From Bacillus subtilis subsp. subtilis str. 168 (GTDB lineage: Bacteria > Bacillota > Bacilli > Bacillales > Bacillaceae): a DNA stretch of 32,000 nucleotides. Shown piece after piece: positions 31,358-32,000 of the stretch; within the stretch, counting starts at the first letter, position 1; every line of letters starts with the position of its first letter. The notes beneath the pieces were generated by a model. That model did not search any database and was not told where the DNA came from. It saw only the letters and a list, made by a program, of their open reading frames with translations. The stretch is from assembly GCF_000009045.1 (NCBI RefSeq), contig NC_000964.3, positions 4,110,001 through 4,142,000 on the forward strand, read 5' to 3'. The position numbers were made by a program, and so were the translations under genes.

Positions 31358-31474
31358 ATGAAAAGATTTCTGATTGGCGCAGGCGTCGCAGCGGTGATTT
31401 TATCAGGTTGGTTTATTGCGGACCATCAAACCCACTCACAGGAAATGAAAGTCGCTGAGAAAATGATTGGATAA
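31358..31474 (+). CDS. phrG: Phr quorum-sensing pro-peptide PhrG (38 aa), not in ORF track
   Basis: MKRFLIGAGVAAVILSGWFIADHQTHSQEMKVAEKMIG*; C-terminal EKMIG pentapeptide; ATG directly abuts the rapG TAA. Confidence 0.95.
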   Translation: MKRFLIGAGVAAVILSGWFIADHQTHSQEMKVAEKMIG

Positions 31475-31480
31475 ATGAAA

Positions 31481-31510
31481 AACCCCCGCGGGATGCGGGG
31501 GTTCAATTTA
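31481..31510 (+). terminator. GC-rich hairpin/terminator after phrG
   Basis: AACCCCCGC GGGAT GCGGGGGTT then CAATTTA; perfect 9-bp stem (weak U-tract). Confidence 0.6.
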
Positions 31511-31512
31511 AC

Positions 31513-31552
31513 GAAAGAATCCTAAAACGGTTTGTAGTTTTAGGATTCTTTC
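31513..31552. repeat. Perfect 16-bp inverted repeat
   Basis: GAAAGAATCCTAAAAC (31513-31528), 8-nt loop, GTTTTAGGATTCTTTC (31537-31552). Confidence 0.85.
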
Positions 31553-31681
31553 ATCTTTTCAGCGTGATTGAAAACCCTTGAAGTCTAGGAAGAACGAGCA
31601 TTGGAGCGCAGCGAATGTTTGGAATTCGTGAGCACCGAAGCGCAGGCCTGACAACGAATGCGAGGGTTTGTCGACACGCTG

Positions 31682-31706
31682 AAACCCCCGCGGGTGCGGG
31701 GGTTTT
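31682..31706. terminator. Bidirectional terminator between phrG and rocF
   Basis: AAACCCCCGC GGGT GCGGGGGTTTT; near-copy of the hairpin at 31481. Confidence 0.8.
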
Positions 31707-31710
31707 CTTA

Positions 31711-32000
31711 TTACAGCAGCTTCTTCCCTAACAGGGATTCTACGAGCTCTACTGCTGTTTTGCCCGTTTTGTTTTTGTGATCAAGGATCGGGTTAACCTC
31801 AACGAATTCGGCTGAGGTAATGATGCCTGCGTCATACAGCATTTCCATAGCCAAATGGCTCTCCCGGTAGCTGATGCCGCCGACGACAGGGGTTCCGACA
31901 CCCGGTGCGTCGTTCGGATCAAGTCCGTCCAGATCAAGGCTCAGATGGACGCCATCACATGCTGATAAATAATCAAGGGTTTCTTCAATGACCTTTGTCA
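31711..32000 (-). CDS. rocF: Arginase, C-terminal part (5' end outside window)
   Basis: Minus strand: ...VIEETLDYLSACDGVHLSLDLDGLDPNDAPGVGTPVVGGISYRESHLAMEMLYDAGIITSAEFVEVNPILDHKNKTGKTAVELVESLLGKKLL*; arginase SxDxDxxDP motif. Confidence 0.95.
   Translation of the reverse strand, partial: TKVIEETLDYLSACDGVHLSLDLDGLDPNDAPGVGTPVVGGISYRESHLAMEMLYDAGIITSAEFVEVNPILDHKNKTGKTAVELVESLLGKKLL

Overview
This window is recognisable as a Bacillus subtilis-type chromosomal segment, running roughly from yxzK/yxaC to rocF. Backbone genes: LrgA/LrgB-like pair, yxaB, glycerate kinase, the gntRKPZ operon, ahpCF, bglA, yydK, fbp, rlmH, yyzF, yycS-yycN, rapG-phrG and the 3' end of rocF. Two visibly AT-rich accessory modules flank fbp. 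(1) yydFGHIJ is a RiPP/epipeptide locus. Its 49-aa precursor YydF is missing from the supplied ORF track because it is too short; I read it directly at 17498..17647(-). It is followed by a radical SAM enzyme, an HExxH membrane protease and an ABC exporter. (2) yydBCD encodes an Mre11-like metallophosphoesterase, a small helical protein and a Rad50/SMC-like ATPase with a DUF2326-type architecture. It sits just downstream of the 3' end of rlmH and looks like a three-component (ABC-3C-type) conflict or anti-phage system; it is the best candidate here for a poorly characterised system. Other signals: a DnaA-box cluster around yyzF, a beta-glucoside PTS gene collapsed by internal deletion beside bglA, strong hairpins inside the yyd operon, an elaborately structured spacer between phrG and rocF, and several small ORFs absent from the track. 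No CRISPR array, tRNA, rRNA or intact transposase was seen. All family assignments come from motif reading and memory, not searches.
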